DNA of 64,000 nucleotides from the human T2T-CHM13v2.0 reference genome, Homo sapiens, in NCBI RefSeq assembly GCF_009914755.1, contig NC_060936.1. One strand, 5' to 3'. This document shows positions 48,133 to 63,749 of the stretch, piece after piece (position 1 is the stretch's first letter; every line of letters starts with the position of its first letter). Under the pieces are notes generated by a model. That model was not told the origin of the DNA and searched no databases. It worked only from the letters and a program-made list of their open reading frames with translations. The position numbers and the translations under genes are program-made.

Positions 48133-48848
48133 CTAGATGTTAGAAGAGAATCAACTGTATTTTTTCATAGAAAACAATTCATTTTTCCCCACAAGCAGTA
48201 TATAAATAACCTATATAATCCTATGAATATCCTGTGTAGAACTGTCATCATACCTATACCAAATAAACACATATTGAGAAAGTATAGGATCTTAGATCTG
48301 TAAAAACTTTGAAATACTATTTAATCAGTTAAATAACTGCTGGCTAAATCACATTAAAACTAACAAAAAGTCCATGAGGCTCAACTGGATTTTAATACAT
48401 TCCAGATAAAGGCACTGCTCAATACTCTTTGAGGACTCATTCAAGGACATTGTTAGAGAATGTTCTCGGTTAATTTACTAAATCTCCCTGAGCCTAAGAT
48501 TAGACATTAATCAAAATGGGAATACTGCATTAGTTCTATAGGGTTGATTAATATGAGAATAAAATTAAATAATAGATATGGGAATACTCAGTAGAGCAAG
48601 TGTCAAATAGTAGACCTTTAGCAATTGTTATTTATTTTTAAAAGTGTTGCTCATTTTTTCCATAAGAGAATCAGTATAATTGGAGTAGAGTCATTGTACA
48701 TGATTTCTAACCTAAAATATTTTTTATGCCTGGAACTCTGGACAATTTTTTTCTCCTCTAGTTTATTTAAGGTATCCTGTTTTTATCCAAAGGTAAAGAC
48801 ATAAAACTATACTGTGGGTGGTAAACAAAGATGGTTTTAATCACTCAC

Positions 48849-48998
48849 AGTTTGTGCTGGCAGCTGACCATAATTCCTTAGTAGCAATACCCTCTGGTCT
48901 ACCGCCCAAAGAGCATAAAGAGAGTTTGAAGCAGCCGAGACTTGAAGATCGACATTGGATCCTGGTAAACTTTTTTCTTTAGAAAAATTTAAGTTGAC
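48849..48998 (-). pseudogene. Block B exon 15: VNLNFSKEKSLPGSNVDLQVSAASNSLYALWAVDQRVLLLRNYGQLPAQT
   Basis: cag/GTC...ACT/gtgagt, 150 nt. Confidence 0.9.
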
Positions 48999-49341
48999 CT
49001 GAAAATGAAAATAAAAGGGCAAAAGGATGGCAAGCCATATGAGAAGAATCATCTTTTAGACTATTCTTAACTTTTTTAAAAACACACATAAGTTAAAAGG
49101 GCTTTCTGTGCTTTACCCACCTAATAATATTATTATTAGGAACAACTGGATTTGGAACAACATCCAAAGTGAATGCTATAATCCTGCTACTCTTCAATCA
49201 TCCAACATATTAACTTCTCCATAGCTTTCTTTTATTTTTCATTTTGCAATTCTATGAAAAATTGGGAGTTTAAACCCAACACTCTCTTAAGTTCTCCTTA
49301 GTTTTCCCCCAAATTAAAAAAGAATCATTTTTGGCACCTAC

Positions 49342-49486
49342 CTGATTTTCGAAGCATTTCTCAATTGGAATTGGGTGCTATCAGTGACCATTTCTCCTCC
49401 AGGATGCAAGCTATAGACAAGCATATGTACTGAGGGCGCTAATTCAGGGTTAATGTCTATAGAAATGGAAAATATGCCCTTCCTCC
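49342..49486 (-). pseudogene. Block B exon 14: RKGIFSISIDINPELAPSVHMLVYSLHPGGEMVTDSTQFQ(frameshift)EKCFENQ
   Basis: cag/GG...CAG/gtaggt; 145 nt vs 146 nt in block A, one A lost at ~49365. Confidence 0.88.
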
Positions 49487-50039
49487 CTGTGAAAAGAAAA
49501 TTTCAAACCGAAAAAGTGCTTTGGTGAGATAGCTGACTGTCATCTTGCAGAAACCCTCCATTGAGTTTCTAGCCATCCTACCCACTGCCAAAGAGACTGC
49601 CCCGACCCACCAAATTTAATTTATAAAGCATTTCTAGGAGGAGTTCATAACCTATTCCATAAATTATAAAAGAAAGAAATAGTTGAACATTTCTTATTAC
49701 GTCAAACTTCAGTCTACTTTTGTTTCTTTTTAAAAATCCCTTCTTGTTTGAATGTAAAAGTACTTACCTGTCTTTCTTGGAAAAGAAAGGGAAGGACAAT
49801 GACCCTTTCCCATTATAGTAGTGTTTGGAATATAATTAATGCACTATTAATTAAGTAATTATTTTTTCATTTGGCATTGTGCCTATTCACATGTCTTTAC
49901 ATGTTCCCCAAGGGTAGTTTAGGGGGCAGTAAACAGTCCTAAAATGGGAGGATTGTGACTTTTAAAGAAAAATGTAAAATATATCCCAATTAAAGCATTC
50001 TATTTGTATTAAATTATATGCTAAAATTAGAGGCCTCAC

Positions 50040-50100
50040 CATTTTCGTTGATCTCAATTTTCTGTTGCCCATGAAGAATGATTACACCTTTTGAAATCAC
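50040..50100 (-). pseudogene. Block B exon 13: VISKGVIILHGQQKIEINEN
   Basis: tag/GTG...AATG/gtgagg, 61 nt. Confidence 0.88.
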
Positions 50101-52012
50101 CTAGGAAAATGAAAATATAATCGTAAAGTTTAGAGGATAGAAACTAAATTTCATTTAATTATAAACGAATGTGATTTACCTCCTTTTCTTGTCTGAGCAA
50201 TACTATTGACATGTTTACTAGTAAACTCAGGTTACCAGTAAACAAGCATATGACTCTAACAGCTATATTCAAGAGAATTTAGGAGTCACAGATAAACTTG
50301 CTATAAAGCAATTTAATGTTCCACATTCCAAAACAGTTTTCTAAGACCAATAAACAACTTTTTATTCATATTTGCAAATGCTGAATTACATCTAAATTTA
50401 TTTAGTTCAGTGAAACAAAGTTACACAAAGGCATTAAGAGTCTCCCAGTGCTTGTCTGGTTTTCTGAAAGGTGTGTTTGATATGCAAGGTATAAGCAAGG
50501 CCTGTTCATCCATCTCCACCCAAAATTTAAAGAAAAGAAAATAAAGTAGCAAGCTGGGGGTGCTCCAGAAAAAAGCTTCTCTCACTTCACCTTTATCAGC
50601 AACTGTGTGCAAATTTGCATCAGCAGACTTTTGTTATGATCTCTAAAGTGCAAACAAAGGCTGGAGACTTGAAATCTAGTACAAACTCCTTGAATTTTTA
50701 AATTACAGTTTTAGAATATTATTTTAAAAGATGCTGAGACTTGCAGAAAATTTAAAGCTTCCGTAAGATCTTGCAGCTTGAAATTGCAGGAGCTGGTACT
50801 CCTAGTCCGTTTAATATTTCACTGAATATTAAAATTGCTTTAAATCTCTGAAGTGCCAAGTTTGGGTTATTAGCTCATAAAAAAAGAACTGAGCCTCAAC
50901 TAGCTGGAAAATATTGTTTTGGGAACTAGAACATTTGCAAAAAGGCATAAAGCTCAAAGTTTAATGAGCCTGAGAGGTCTCAGCACTGTTGGCTGTAGTA
51001 GCTCACTGACTTCTCAAAATGGAAAGACAGCTCTCGTAACAGATGAGTAAACTGAAGAGGCACACAGAGGTACTGATATTTGTCAGGTCACACAATTAAG
51101 AAAAAAGCTTAAAAGACTGAGTATCAAATTAATTACTGAAAGCCTGAGAATCAAATTAATTCAGCCTCTATCCATTCATTCTAAAATATGATATTGAGGG
51201 TTCTCTCTGTGATGTGTACCCTGCTAGGCAGAATTAAAGTCCACCCAGCCTATTATGAAAGAATATGTAGAAGACTGGAATTGTCTAGGAGATTAGAAAG
51301 TTTCATTTAAGCCAAGAGATGAATGCTGAGGAGGAATCAGCTCGGAAAATGAGGTGCAGGCAGGTTGGGAACTGTGGTAGCAAATGGGAACGAAGATTGT
51401 TATGGGCAGAAGGGAAAACCTGTGGGAGGCTTCGGAGCCAGAAAAGCACATGGCTTGTCCAAGAAAATGAAAGCCCTCTGTGTCTGCAATAAAGAAGGCT
51501 GAAGTGTAGAATGATGCAAAATGAAGCGGGCGAGCTTCACAGGTGCAGAGCAGATACAGTGTTGCAGGCAAAAGAAAGGAGTCTGGTATTTGTTTCAATA
51601 GAAATAGGCAGTCATTAACTGTATTTCAATTAGGGGAGTGAAATAAATAATCCTAATTGCTTTTTTTAAAAATCACTCTAGATTTCCAGAATAAAGAAAG
51701 AAAGAAGAAAAGGAGGGAGGAAGGAAGAAGGGAGAGAGGAAGAAAAAGGCTATTAGCAGACTCATTTAAAATGGAAATGAGGTAAAGTAATTGTAAAGGC
51801 CTTATCAGATCAGAGGGGGGCAAACCTACGCTATTTCAAGAGGGAAGCTGATGACAAGTAGATCAATTCACACCACAGACCTGCAAAATGGCTCAGCTCT
51901 GGATTAGGAAGTATTGGATATTAAGTCGAGCAGAGGTGTGGCCAGAAAAGAAGGCAAAAGTCAGGGGCATGTGGGAGTGTCTTTATAAAAACTAGTTAAG
52001 AGGTTCAGCTTC

Positions 52013-52293
52013 CCTGTAATCCCGGTACTTTGGGAGGCCGAGGCGGGCAGATCACGAGGTCAGGAGATCGCGACCATCCTGGCTAACACGGTGAAACCCC
52101 GTCTCTACTAAAAAAATACAAAAAAATTAGCCGGGCGTGGTGGCGGGCGCCTGTAGTCCCAGCTACTCGGGAGGCCGAGGCAGGAGCATGCCGTGAACCC
52201 AGGACGCGGAGCTTTCAGTGAGCGGAGATCGAGCCACTGCACTCCAGCCTGGGCGACTGAGCGAGGCTCTGTCTCAAAAAAAAAAAAAAAAAA
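52013..52293 (+). mobile_element. AluY, slightly 5'-truncated, 15-bp TSD aagaggttcagcttc
   Basis: TSD at 51998-52012 and 52294-52308. Confidence 0.95.
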
Positions 52294-53007
52294 AAGAGGT
52301 TCAGCTTCTCATTCAAGGATGCTTGGTATTTCTCACACCCCAGTATGGCAATATTATTGTTGACATGTTGAAGGATTTCTGTACCGGTTGGTAAAGAGCC
52401 ACTTCCCTGAGCTCCCCAGAGTCCCCTCCCTGCTTCCCTAGAACCTCTCCTCCACAACCAGCTCCTCCCACTCCCACCACTTTGCCCCCAGTCTAAATGA
52501 GCCATGCTTGGCTTAGCTAAGGGCTTCAGTGGAATTATCACTCATACCTTTTCTGATGGTTTGGTGTCCATACCTTGCTGGTTTGAAATATTTTAATGTT
52601 TGTGGAAATGATGAAGGAAAGAAAAAATGCGAGAGATAATATAATGAAAAAGTGATAGAAATTGGTGATGCAGTAAATAGCACGAAAAAAAGAAGTATCA
52701 AAAGACTATTCCAGAATTCTAAGTTTGCAAAATGTGAGAAATCATGTGGTACTACTTTCATTCTTCACATAGATAGACTCAAACACCTTTAGTTCTCAGA
52801 ATAATACACTTCAGACATCTTTGACCTCTTATATTATTTCCTAAAATAAGCTTAAATGTGTTTCTCATATCCTCTAATCATCCAGAAAACTCCTATTCAT
52901 CCCACAAAATCCTATTTAGGCATATTCTCTTTATGTATTTTTTCCTTAAAAATATGTATATACATATAAATGTAAATATATAGGCATATATCTTTTTCCT
53001 AAACTAG

Positions 53008-53375
<368 letters not shown>

Positions 53376-54183
53376 ACTTATTCCCAGAATTTCTAAATTA
53401 TTCCTAGGTGATGCTGATACTGCTACTCTAGGAAATATACTCTGATAATCACTGTCCTAAACTCCAGCTAGAGTTAATCATTCATTTTTCTGTAACACCT
53501 CAGTGGCCATACATGTTTCGTTTGTAACACTTATGTAATTCTAATATATGTTTTGTCCCCAGTTATACTTTTTCTATTTCTTCTATTGTTACAATTGCTA
53601 ATACAGCACCTGGAATATGAAAAACATTCAATAAGTGTTGGCTGATTGAATTAATTCATGTTTCATTAATTTTATATCATCTTCCTAAATCTCAATGAAG
53701 TATCATGCACCCATTTAGACAGTGTAAAATAATCCATAATAGCAATATATTAAAATCAAACTAATACTTAATATCTTTTGTGTGCCAGAAGTTGGGCAAA
53801 GGGCTTTATATGTATTATTAAATAATTATCTTGATGATTAGACAATATATTACAAAAAACTAAGATTCTCTAGAGGTTTAAGTGGCTTTCAAAAAGTAAC
53901 ACAAAGCTAGTACATATCAGAACTCTGGTTTGATCCCAGCAATGTCCAAATAGAAATGGGTAACTCTGAAGAAAGGGTCTGAGAATGACAGAGTGCATAT
54001 GGGTTGTGGTGTCATGGCCTTTTCCCTCCTTTCTTAAAAATAGATACCAGTTATATAAGTTTTATCATTTATGTTAACTTTGAGCTTCCTCGTGGCATAT
54101 AGGTACAGGGATTTCATTAGGTTCAAAGAAGTTTTAAAGAAAAGAAGCAATTTTGATTGTGGAAGAATATTTTCAGCTCATAC

Positions 54184-54414
54184 CAAATAATTGAAGTCTG
54201 CTGTGTAGGTTTTGTCTTCAAAGTCTTCCATATTGAGAATGCAGTGCACTAGCACCCTCTTCTGCTGGTTGCATCTCAGTTCTTCCATCTCTTGGACAAT
54301 CTTTAGGAAGCTATTCATCTTGGAGTAAAATCGATATGCAAAGTACTCGGGCTGAGGGTATTGAGGCAACACCCAGCCATGAGCCTGGCAATTTTCATTG
54401 GCCTTGTAGGCTGC
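54184..54414 (-). pseudogene. Block B exon 12: AAYKANENCQAHGWVLPQYPQPEYFAYRFYSKMNSFLKIV...ADFNYL
   Basis: tag/GCA...TTG/gtatga, 231 nt. Confidence 0.9.
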
Positions 54415-55327
54415 CTAGACAAAAAATCAAAATTACGGGTATTTTAGGATAAAGAGAAAGGATGAGTGAAAGAATATTTGATAAGATGGTTTATCATCAT
54501 GCTGCTTTATCTCTGCAAGAAAATTTTATAGCCATTCTACATTAAATCTAACCCAATTCCCCATTTTCTAGTTATACTCTAGAGCGACCACTATGGTTTT
54601 TACAATTTAGTCTATTCAAGTCCTACTTCAATAATATTACATTCAATATTTTACTGTATTCTTTACTATAATTATTACTTTTGCTAGCAAGTAGATTGCT
54701 ATATCTCCCTCACTATAATACGAAGAACCCATGAGTGCAAACGTTTACCTTGCTACTGATAACATAATATGAAGTTTTGCTGAAAGATGGGAAAGTTTTT
54801 ATGAAATACAGCAAGGAGTTTACTCTGACCATAGTAATTTACCATTATCAACACAAAAAGTCTGAGGAGTCCTTTAAAAATATCTAGGAAGGATTGATAT
54901 TTAATTATTACAGATAGTAGTTTACTTCTCTCTTGAATATATCCAGAGAAATTCTTTACATTATTCCAAGGTAATAGATTACAGGGTTTCTCAAATATTT
55001 CCTTCTATAAAAACACAATTCTCTTTCTATTTCCTTAATAAAAGTGAAGCGTTGCTTATTTTCAGCTAATTCTCCTTTATACAATTTAGTATGTATGCTA
55101 ACCTTCTGTCTTTTCCCGGGACTCTTAAAATAATTTTTAACCTACTTTTCATAGGGCCTATATTCTTAATATTTAACTATTTTTCAGTACTCTAGATTCA
55201 CACCAAGGTGTATCTTTTCATTTCTGTTCCATAAATATAATTTCGCATAGACCTAAACCTTAGCTAGCCAGTGCAGTTTTTTGTTTGCTTGTTTGTTTTT
55301 ATTTTACTTGCCTTTCGTTTAACTTAC

Positions 55328-55486
55328 TTTCAAAGTGATATTTGGGTATGTAAACGTATATGTGTCCAAGAAAAACTGAGCGATGCCATTTACATCTGTG
55401 GTGTAGTTTCCCACGATTTTGTCCTTCAGATGCAACTGAACAACTTCATTTGGGATTGGAGAGTTGTCTGGATTAAGCAATTTAAT
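55328..55486 (-). pseudogene. Block B exon 11: IKLLNPDNSPIPNEVVQLHLKDKIVGNYTTDVNGIAQFFLDTYTFTYPNITLK
   Basis: cag/ATT...AAA/gtaagt, 159 nt. Confidence 0.9.
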
Positions 55487-56740
55487 CTGTACAAGAGGAA
55501 GAAAATACATTTCGGAAGCATGTAGTAAATTTGGGCATCCATTTTGATGGCATTTGCCAAGCTTCTATCATGGGGACCCCTGCTCTCCTTGGTGCGTATG
55601 CACTTCCTGTGTGGTTTCATCTATTCCTGTTGAGTGTATGACATGTACCATTAATATACTAATGAGCCTAAACTCTGTTTCTCCTGCCCACGAAGATCTC
55701 TGAAAACTCAGGCCCATAGAATTAACCATCCTGAGTATTTTTTATAATAAAAATGCTACAGAAACTCTCAAATTGGAATGATTTATTACTGTGCCCAACC
55801 TTCCTTTTTTTCTATTTCTCTTATTTATCTCAAAGAATACCTCAACCATTCACTTAGTCACTGAAGTCAAATATCTAGAGACATCTTAGACTTTTTATTT
55901 TTCTTCTCCCATAATTTTCAATTGTTGATCAAATATTTTCAATTGTATCTTTTTAACATTTTCTGTTTCCAACTGATCACGTTTGTTCCTGTTGCTATTC
56001 CTTGTATCAATATCTTATCTTTTTTCCCTCATACGTCTTCTATTTTTTTCTATCCAGTCTCTCTCTCCTGTATTGCTTTTGCTTGTTCTTTCTCTATACT
56101 GGCATCAAACCAAATTTTCTAAAATGCAAAATTTAGCATTATCCTCCCTAAAACATTGTAGTGACTGCTCTGATAGGCCATGGTTATTCGCTAGAAATCT
56201 CTTTCTCATTCTCTTACTAGTACAGGCAATGATTGCTTTAAAAAGTCCCTTCTGAAATTGTATGATTTGTAGTAGATACAATGCCTGCATCAGTATCTAT
56301 GCCAGTTTGAAGCCTTTAAAGGCACCTTCTTAACAACATCTAAGGCCACAACAACCAGAAGAACTGTCTGAGCCATCCTTTTTTTAGCTCAGTCAGTTTC
56401 TGCAAAACAACTTCTGCTTTGAGCCTTTCATCTTATTTCTGCCACTTATCATTTTCCTGCTGGTCCAAGCAAACACAATCCTTTTTTCTTGCTCAGCATC
56501 TGTAGACTGATGCCTCATTTGCACCATCTACACAGATTTTGAACTTAGTTTCATCTCAAGGCTTGATCTTCTAAGAAAAATTCAACTTGTCTCAGCAATC
56601 CACAGGCCACAGACACGTGACACCATGCCTTTATGATCACACAGAGGTTTGCCCTAATTTTAGTACACCTAGACTAGAAAGATCCTTTGAGTCCCTTCCA
56701 GTCACAGAAAGATGAACAAGCCATGTGATTTCTGGGCACT

Positions 56741-57379
56741 TTCCTTTCTTTCTTTTTTTTTTTTTTTGTTTTATTTTTATTTTTTTTATTGATCATTCTT
56801 GGGTGTTTCTCGCAGAGGGGGATTTGGCAGGGTCACAGGACAATAGTGGAGGGAAGGTCAGCAGATAAACAAGTGAACAAAGGTCTCTGGTTTTCCTAGG
56901 CAGAGGACCCTGCGGCCTTCCTTAGTGTTTGTGTCCCTGGGTACTTGAGATTAGGGAGTGGTGATGACTCTTAAGGAGCACGCTGCCTTCAAGCATCTGT
57001 TTAACAAAGCACATCTTGCACCGCCCTTAATCCATTCAACCCTGAGTGGATACAGCACATGTTTCAGAGAGCACAGGGTTGGGGGTAAGGTCACCGATCA
57101 ACAGGATCCCAAGGCAGAAGAATTTTTCTTAGTACAGAACAAAATGAAAAGTCTCCCATGTCTACCTCTTTCTACACAGACATGGCAACCATCCGATTTC
57201 TCAATCTTTTCCCCACCTTTCCCCCCTTTCTATTCTACAAAACCGCCATTGTCATCCTGGCCCGTTCTCAATGAGCTGTTGGGTACACCTCCCAGACGGG
57301 GTGGTGGCCGGGCAGAGGGGCTCCTCACTTCCCAGTAGGGGCGGCCGGGCAGAGGCGCCCCTCACCTCCCGGACGGGGC
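56741..57379 (-). mobile_element. 5'-truncated SVA (SINE-R plus ~2 VNTR units; SVA_D-like)
   Basis: ttattgatcattcttgggtgtttctcgcagagggggatttggcaggg...; VNTR ggccgggcagaggcgcccctcacctccc. Confidence 0.93.
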
Positions 57380-59738
57380 TCTGATGTTAGGGCTTAAATT
57401 GATTTATATTTCAAAGAATTCCCTAATAGATTCTATAGTAGCACTGAAGAGTATTCTATTGTAAAACTCAGAGGAAAGCAAATGTAATTTTCTTTGAACA
57501 TGAAAAAGAAAGCAACTTTGAGAGTAGTCATTTAGCAGTAGATGTGCATTATTATGAGAAAACAGTTCTATAAATTCAGGGTTAATTCTATTAATTGGAA
57601 TGTCGGTCTCTAATGTCTAGCTTATTATAGGGTAGAAAAGAGCTTTCTACTCAGCTAATCATTAATCATTGATCCAAAACTTAAATACATCTATCATTTC
57701 CTGGGGCTATTGTGAGTACTGTATATGTATTTAGCAAATATTTAAGACCTAGTAAGTGCTCAATAAATTGTAGCTGTTACTACAAAAGAAAAAATTACTT
57801 TTTAAAAAAATATACAACCATAATCACACATACTAGAGAAGAAAACTTAAAACTCTAAGTAATTCTTAGGTAAAAATAAAAATAAAAATAATGAAATCAT
57901 CAAAAATGATTTTAATTGAACTTAAAAATTGTTAAGATGGTAAATTTGATATGTGCATTTTTTCATAATTTAAAAAATAAAAATAGTATAGAAAAACACC
58001 TGTGAGGAGGAAAGAAGTATTCAGGAAAAATTGTATAAATCTGAAAACATGGAAGTTTAACATAAGTATTTATAACAAGATGCTAGAAAAAAAAAACCAA
58101 AAGAGGTAGAAGAAAAAATATAATAAAAATAAATGATGTAATGAAAATCATTTAAAATAACATTAAAAATAAAGATAATTAACAAATCCAAAAACTAATG
58201 GGAAAAAAACACAAACACAACTAGTAATAAAAAAGGGGAAATAAATTATGATAGATTTATTTTTTCAAATCATAAGTGAACATATTTTATGCCCTCTATT
58301 TTAAAACCTAAATTTAATAAGAAATATCTAGATACAGAAACTAACATATTATAGAAAATTCTTAGTGAACTAAAAAAGGAAAATTTTTTGACTCGATAAA
58401 GTATGTCTCACAAAATGCTACAGTTACTTAGTAGGTTTACGCATTACATTTTTAAAAGCATTCCCCAAAATATGCAAAATACAACCAGGAAGTCCACTAT
58501 CATCTCTAATATTCAAATTGGAGATCTTTGCCAATCGAATAAAACAAACTAATAACAAAAACCTCAGAAGATTAAGTTCAGAAAGGAAGCTAAAATATAA
58601 CATTTTCACACAAAATGCTCTTTACACAGAAAACACTTTTAAATTGCACAGAAAAGATACAAGAGACAAATGGGAACCCAAGAAATCATCTTGGGTAACA
58701 ACAACGTAAGAGGGAGGAAATGGAGAATTCTCAAGTCTAGATAAAATTATTTTATATTCAGAAAAAATTTTATATTCTTTGAAGATATCTCTCAGTTTTA
58801 TATATTTAGTAACAGAACATGGAAATATATAAAGCAAAAATGTACAAAGTGAAGAGAAAGGTTAGAAAAAATTATGTTAACATTATCCACCACTATTCAG
58901 TAAGTGAAGTGAACATATATCAAATTTATCTATCTGCCAAAGCTGTATTTCAATCTAAATTTGTTCATTAAATGACTTTTACTGAAATTTGTTTCAGTAA
59001 GTCCTTTAGGTGATGCTGATGCCAGTTTGAGAAACTGCTTTGTAAGATGTAAGCCAGGCTACCCACTTTTGTATTTCTTTTTTAGTGTTCTTGTGTCAAC
59101 CTAAATATTACTTCCTCAGGGAAACTTTCCATGATCATTTAGTCCAGATTTTAGCAAACTTCTTTTGTAAAACACCATGGTCTCTCTCTCATATATTTTT
59201 TTATTTTTTAAATAATCTTTTAAAAATGTTAAAACCACTCATAGTTCACTGGCTGTATCAAGGCAGGCCTCTGTCTGATTTGCCTATGGGCTGTGGTTTG
59301 TCAGCTCCTGATGTAGAGTAGTTAAATGGTCAGTATTTCACTGACATAGCACCTATCACAACTACAATAATTCTTTGTAAAATTATCTGTTTAATGTTTA
59401 TTATCTCTATTACACTATAAACTCCATAAAAGCAGTGATAAAAGTGCCTCTCTACATCACCATTTTATTCCTAATACTGATATAGACTATATAATTTATT
59501 GTCCAAACTTGGACACTTTTAGAGTGAAGTGGTTGTAACTATTAACAGTTACAACTTGATAAAACATATACACCAGGACAGATCTATGAAAATCAACAGT
59601 GTAGGTCACCCTACAGTGCTTAGCACAGAGATTCCTACATAGTAATTTCTTAGGGAATAGCTGTTGGAAGATTAGTAGATAAATGAAAGAACAAATGAAT
59701 GAATGAATAAGGTATGTAAAAAATGATTGCTTTCTAAC

Positions 59739-59848
59739 CTGGCCAAAATAAGGGAGTCCCTGTTTGTAGGACATATCCATATTCTCAAAACTAATCTTCA
59801 CCACTGATGAGTCTATGTATACGTACTTGGAGCCTGTAAGCTGCACAC
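59739..59848 (-). pseudogene. Block B exon 10: GVQLTGSKYVYIDSSVVKISFENMDMSYKQGLPYFGQ
   Basis: cag/GT...CAG/gttaga, 110 nt. Confidence 0.9.
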
Positions 59849-60536
59849 CTGCAGTCAATTAAGTATTATTGAGAAAATGTCACTTCCAAAAACAGACAAA
59901 CAGAGCTTCTGAAAAAAACCACAAAAGCTCACCATTCCTTCTAATAGTTTCCCTTCCCTTTCCTAAGCAGTTTTAATATGTAGGTACTTCAGATGTCTTT
60001 TATAAAGAAAGTTAATCAAGATGGCACAAAATGCTTGTGCCAACTGGTGTTGCTGCTTTTTATAAAATATCCAATTCACTTACCATTTCTTCATGATGGA
60101 TTAGTAAACGTTGATTTCTCATTATTCCTAAGTGATTGTTTAACAACATTTCTTTTACTCTCTGCTTGCCTAAAACATATGCTTTAATTTATTAATAGTA
60201 AGAATTGTAATATATGTGTATTATTAAAAATGGAAATGCTTAAAAAAGAAAATACAAATTACCAAATATCAGATATCTCCAAGAGAACCAAAATTAGCAT
60301 TTTAGGCTTTTTCCCACAAGTTCTATTTCTCTTTATATTTATCATTTATATTAATATGTTTGAGATTGTGTGTGTATATGTGTACATGCACACATACACT
60401 CAATATGTGCAAATGTATATGTAGTTTTACATGTTTTTTATCATTATTTTATAAAGTTTTTGTAAAACCTTATAAAAACTTATTTTTAATTGCTACATTA
60501 TTTCTCATATAAATATGGACATATGTTATCATGTAG

Positions 60537-60981
<445 letters not shown>

Positions 60982-61231
60982 TATTCTTTTATTATTTATT
61001 TAGTTCAGTATGACAAATATACCTAATTATCAATTAAATGTTTGTTTAATACTTGAATTTCCTCTGGATGTGACAGATACCTCTAAAACTTTGAAGACTG
61101 ATATAAGTACATTAGTAATTTAATATTTCAGGAACAGAAATTTTGCTGAAATATCAGTTACATATGCGTAAGTTTAAAAGTACTACAGTAACACAAAGTG
61201 GTCAGCACAGAAAAAAGCATTTCAAGGATTA

Positions 61232-61744
<513 letters not shown>

Positions 61745-62110
61745 CTAATTCTATGCTCACCAAAAAAATTTTATAATCGACAACTACATGTCTCAATTAT
61801 ATTTATCTGTGGAATGATTAAGGAAAAGGAATATGCTTATATCTAAAACCAGATACTCCCATTATAAATCAATAAATTGGCATTCTTACTTCTATTGTAG
61901 CCTTATTTGAATGTAACACTTGACCATCCATCAACATGTGTGTGAAAATTTTGGTTGATATATGAAACATTCAGAATTTGAATCAGATGAACCCAATGAA
62001 AAGCCCTCAGGGAAAAAATGATTGTATTGACATTGTATAGTTGGCAATCAGGTAACAATTCGAATGAGACAGTGATATCCATTGGGGTCTGGCTTCTTAG
62101 AGAGCATTAC

Positions 62111-62225
62111 CTGTTCCGTCCTCTGTAACAAGAGCATGCACTTTGAGGAAACTCCAGTATCCTTCCCGATTTCACTCAAAAGCATCTGTGTTAATAAACT
62201 TGGAGACACAGCCATCTTTCCCCAA
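62111..62225 (-). pseudogene. Block B exon 9: LGKDGCVSKFINTDAFE*NREGYWSFLKVHALVTEDGT
   Basis: cag/TTG...ACAG/gtaatg, 115 nt; in-frame TGA at 62174-62172. Confidence 0.88.
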
Positions 62226-63234
62226 CTGAAAAGAACAATAAAAAAAAGTTATATTGTAAAGGAAGACTGTAAGAAATAGCTATAATAGGGAAAATGTGTG
62301 ACCTCACTGAAGCAACTTTAAGAATATTGTATTACCCAAGTTTTAGTTTTTTAAAATAATCCATTGTGTTTCTATAATTATATTTTCAGTTCATGTATTT
62401 ACCTATAACTATTTATTTTTTAATAAATATTAACTCTTACAATATTGTGTTTTAAAAAACTCTTCATGGTGACATTATTTTGTTATTATACAAGATAATA
62501 AACACATCCATCACTAGTCACGTATTCACACATGATATTTGCAATTTTGGTAATTTCAGCCATATTCTTTTACAGTTTTGAAACTGAGTTTTATATTATT
62601 TAGTTACCATGCCTTGGACATTTATGGGACTATTTACACAGCAGTTAGGAACACAGGCTTTACAGTCAAACACCAGAATTTGAACCCTGGCTTTACCACT
62701 TATTACTTCATACAAAATGAAATCTTAATAAAGAGCTTGTAGAACTGTATTACATTAGACAATAACTGGAAAGTGTTTATTTAGCACAGGGCCTGGCACT
62801 TAGTAAACATTCAGTAGGTAGTAGATTTTTAAATTAGATTCCTTTACATTTCTCTCAGTGTCTAGTCAAGTGACAATGTCTCACTAAGTGAAATTTTTAA
62901 AGTGTCACAATTAGTAACCAAAATTAAACAGGATGAATTGTCAAATATTTTTAAAATGTGGGATAAATTGTGCTCATAGGTTCCTGGACTTTAATATTGG
63001 GGAAAAACTGATTTCTTATTCTACTCCTTCATCTTATGATGATATGAGGAAATCTAGTCCTCAAGATGTGGGTGAGATGTCAAAATCCTGTGCTACTTCA
63101 GGGGGTCCTTGAAACTATAAGAAGGTCTAGAACCATTTCCAGAAGCTTAAAGATCTAGAAAAATTTCCACTATACTAAAGGTGAATAATGAGATAAATTA
63201 TTTAGTCCACACTCCTGCTTTACATGTGCATTTG

Positions 63235-63394
63235 ATTATTTTAACTTTTATTTTAGGTTCAAGGGTGCCTGTGCAGGTTTGTTATATAGGTAAATTGTGT
63301 GTCATGGGGGTTTGGTGTACAGATTATTTCACTATCCAGGTAATAAGCATAGTATCCAATAGGTAGTTTTTTTGATCCTCACCCCTTCCCACCC
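63235..63394 (-). mobile_element. Older L1PA 3'-end fragment
   Basis: ttttaggttcaaggg..tgtgcaggtttgtta; imperfect TSD tacatgt(g/a)cattt. Confidence 0.75.
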
Positions 63395-63749
63395 TACATG
63401 TACATTTTAAATTTCCAGAGCTCTCAAATCTCCTGAAGGGCATCCTATAATATAGCCACCTTCGATAATGCATTCTGGGATCTACCTACCCTGTGCACTC
63501 GGCTTATATTGGTTTAGTCTCTTCTAGAGTGTGCATCTTTAAAGATTATGACTGCTTCATAAAGTGCAAAACCCATGAGGATAGTACCTGATCTGTCTTG
63601 CTCAACAATGAAGCTTCTAAATAAAATTATTCTTGCATATTAAAAGACCTCAATATTTATCTGTTGAATGAATTTGTGGAGAAAATTTTTGTATCCCTGA
63701 TATCCCTAAAGATACAGCCCCACTAGTTATTTAAATATTTATATGACTT

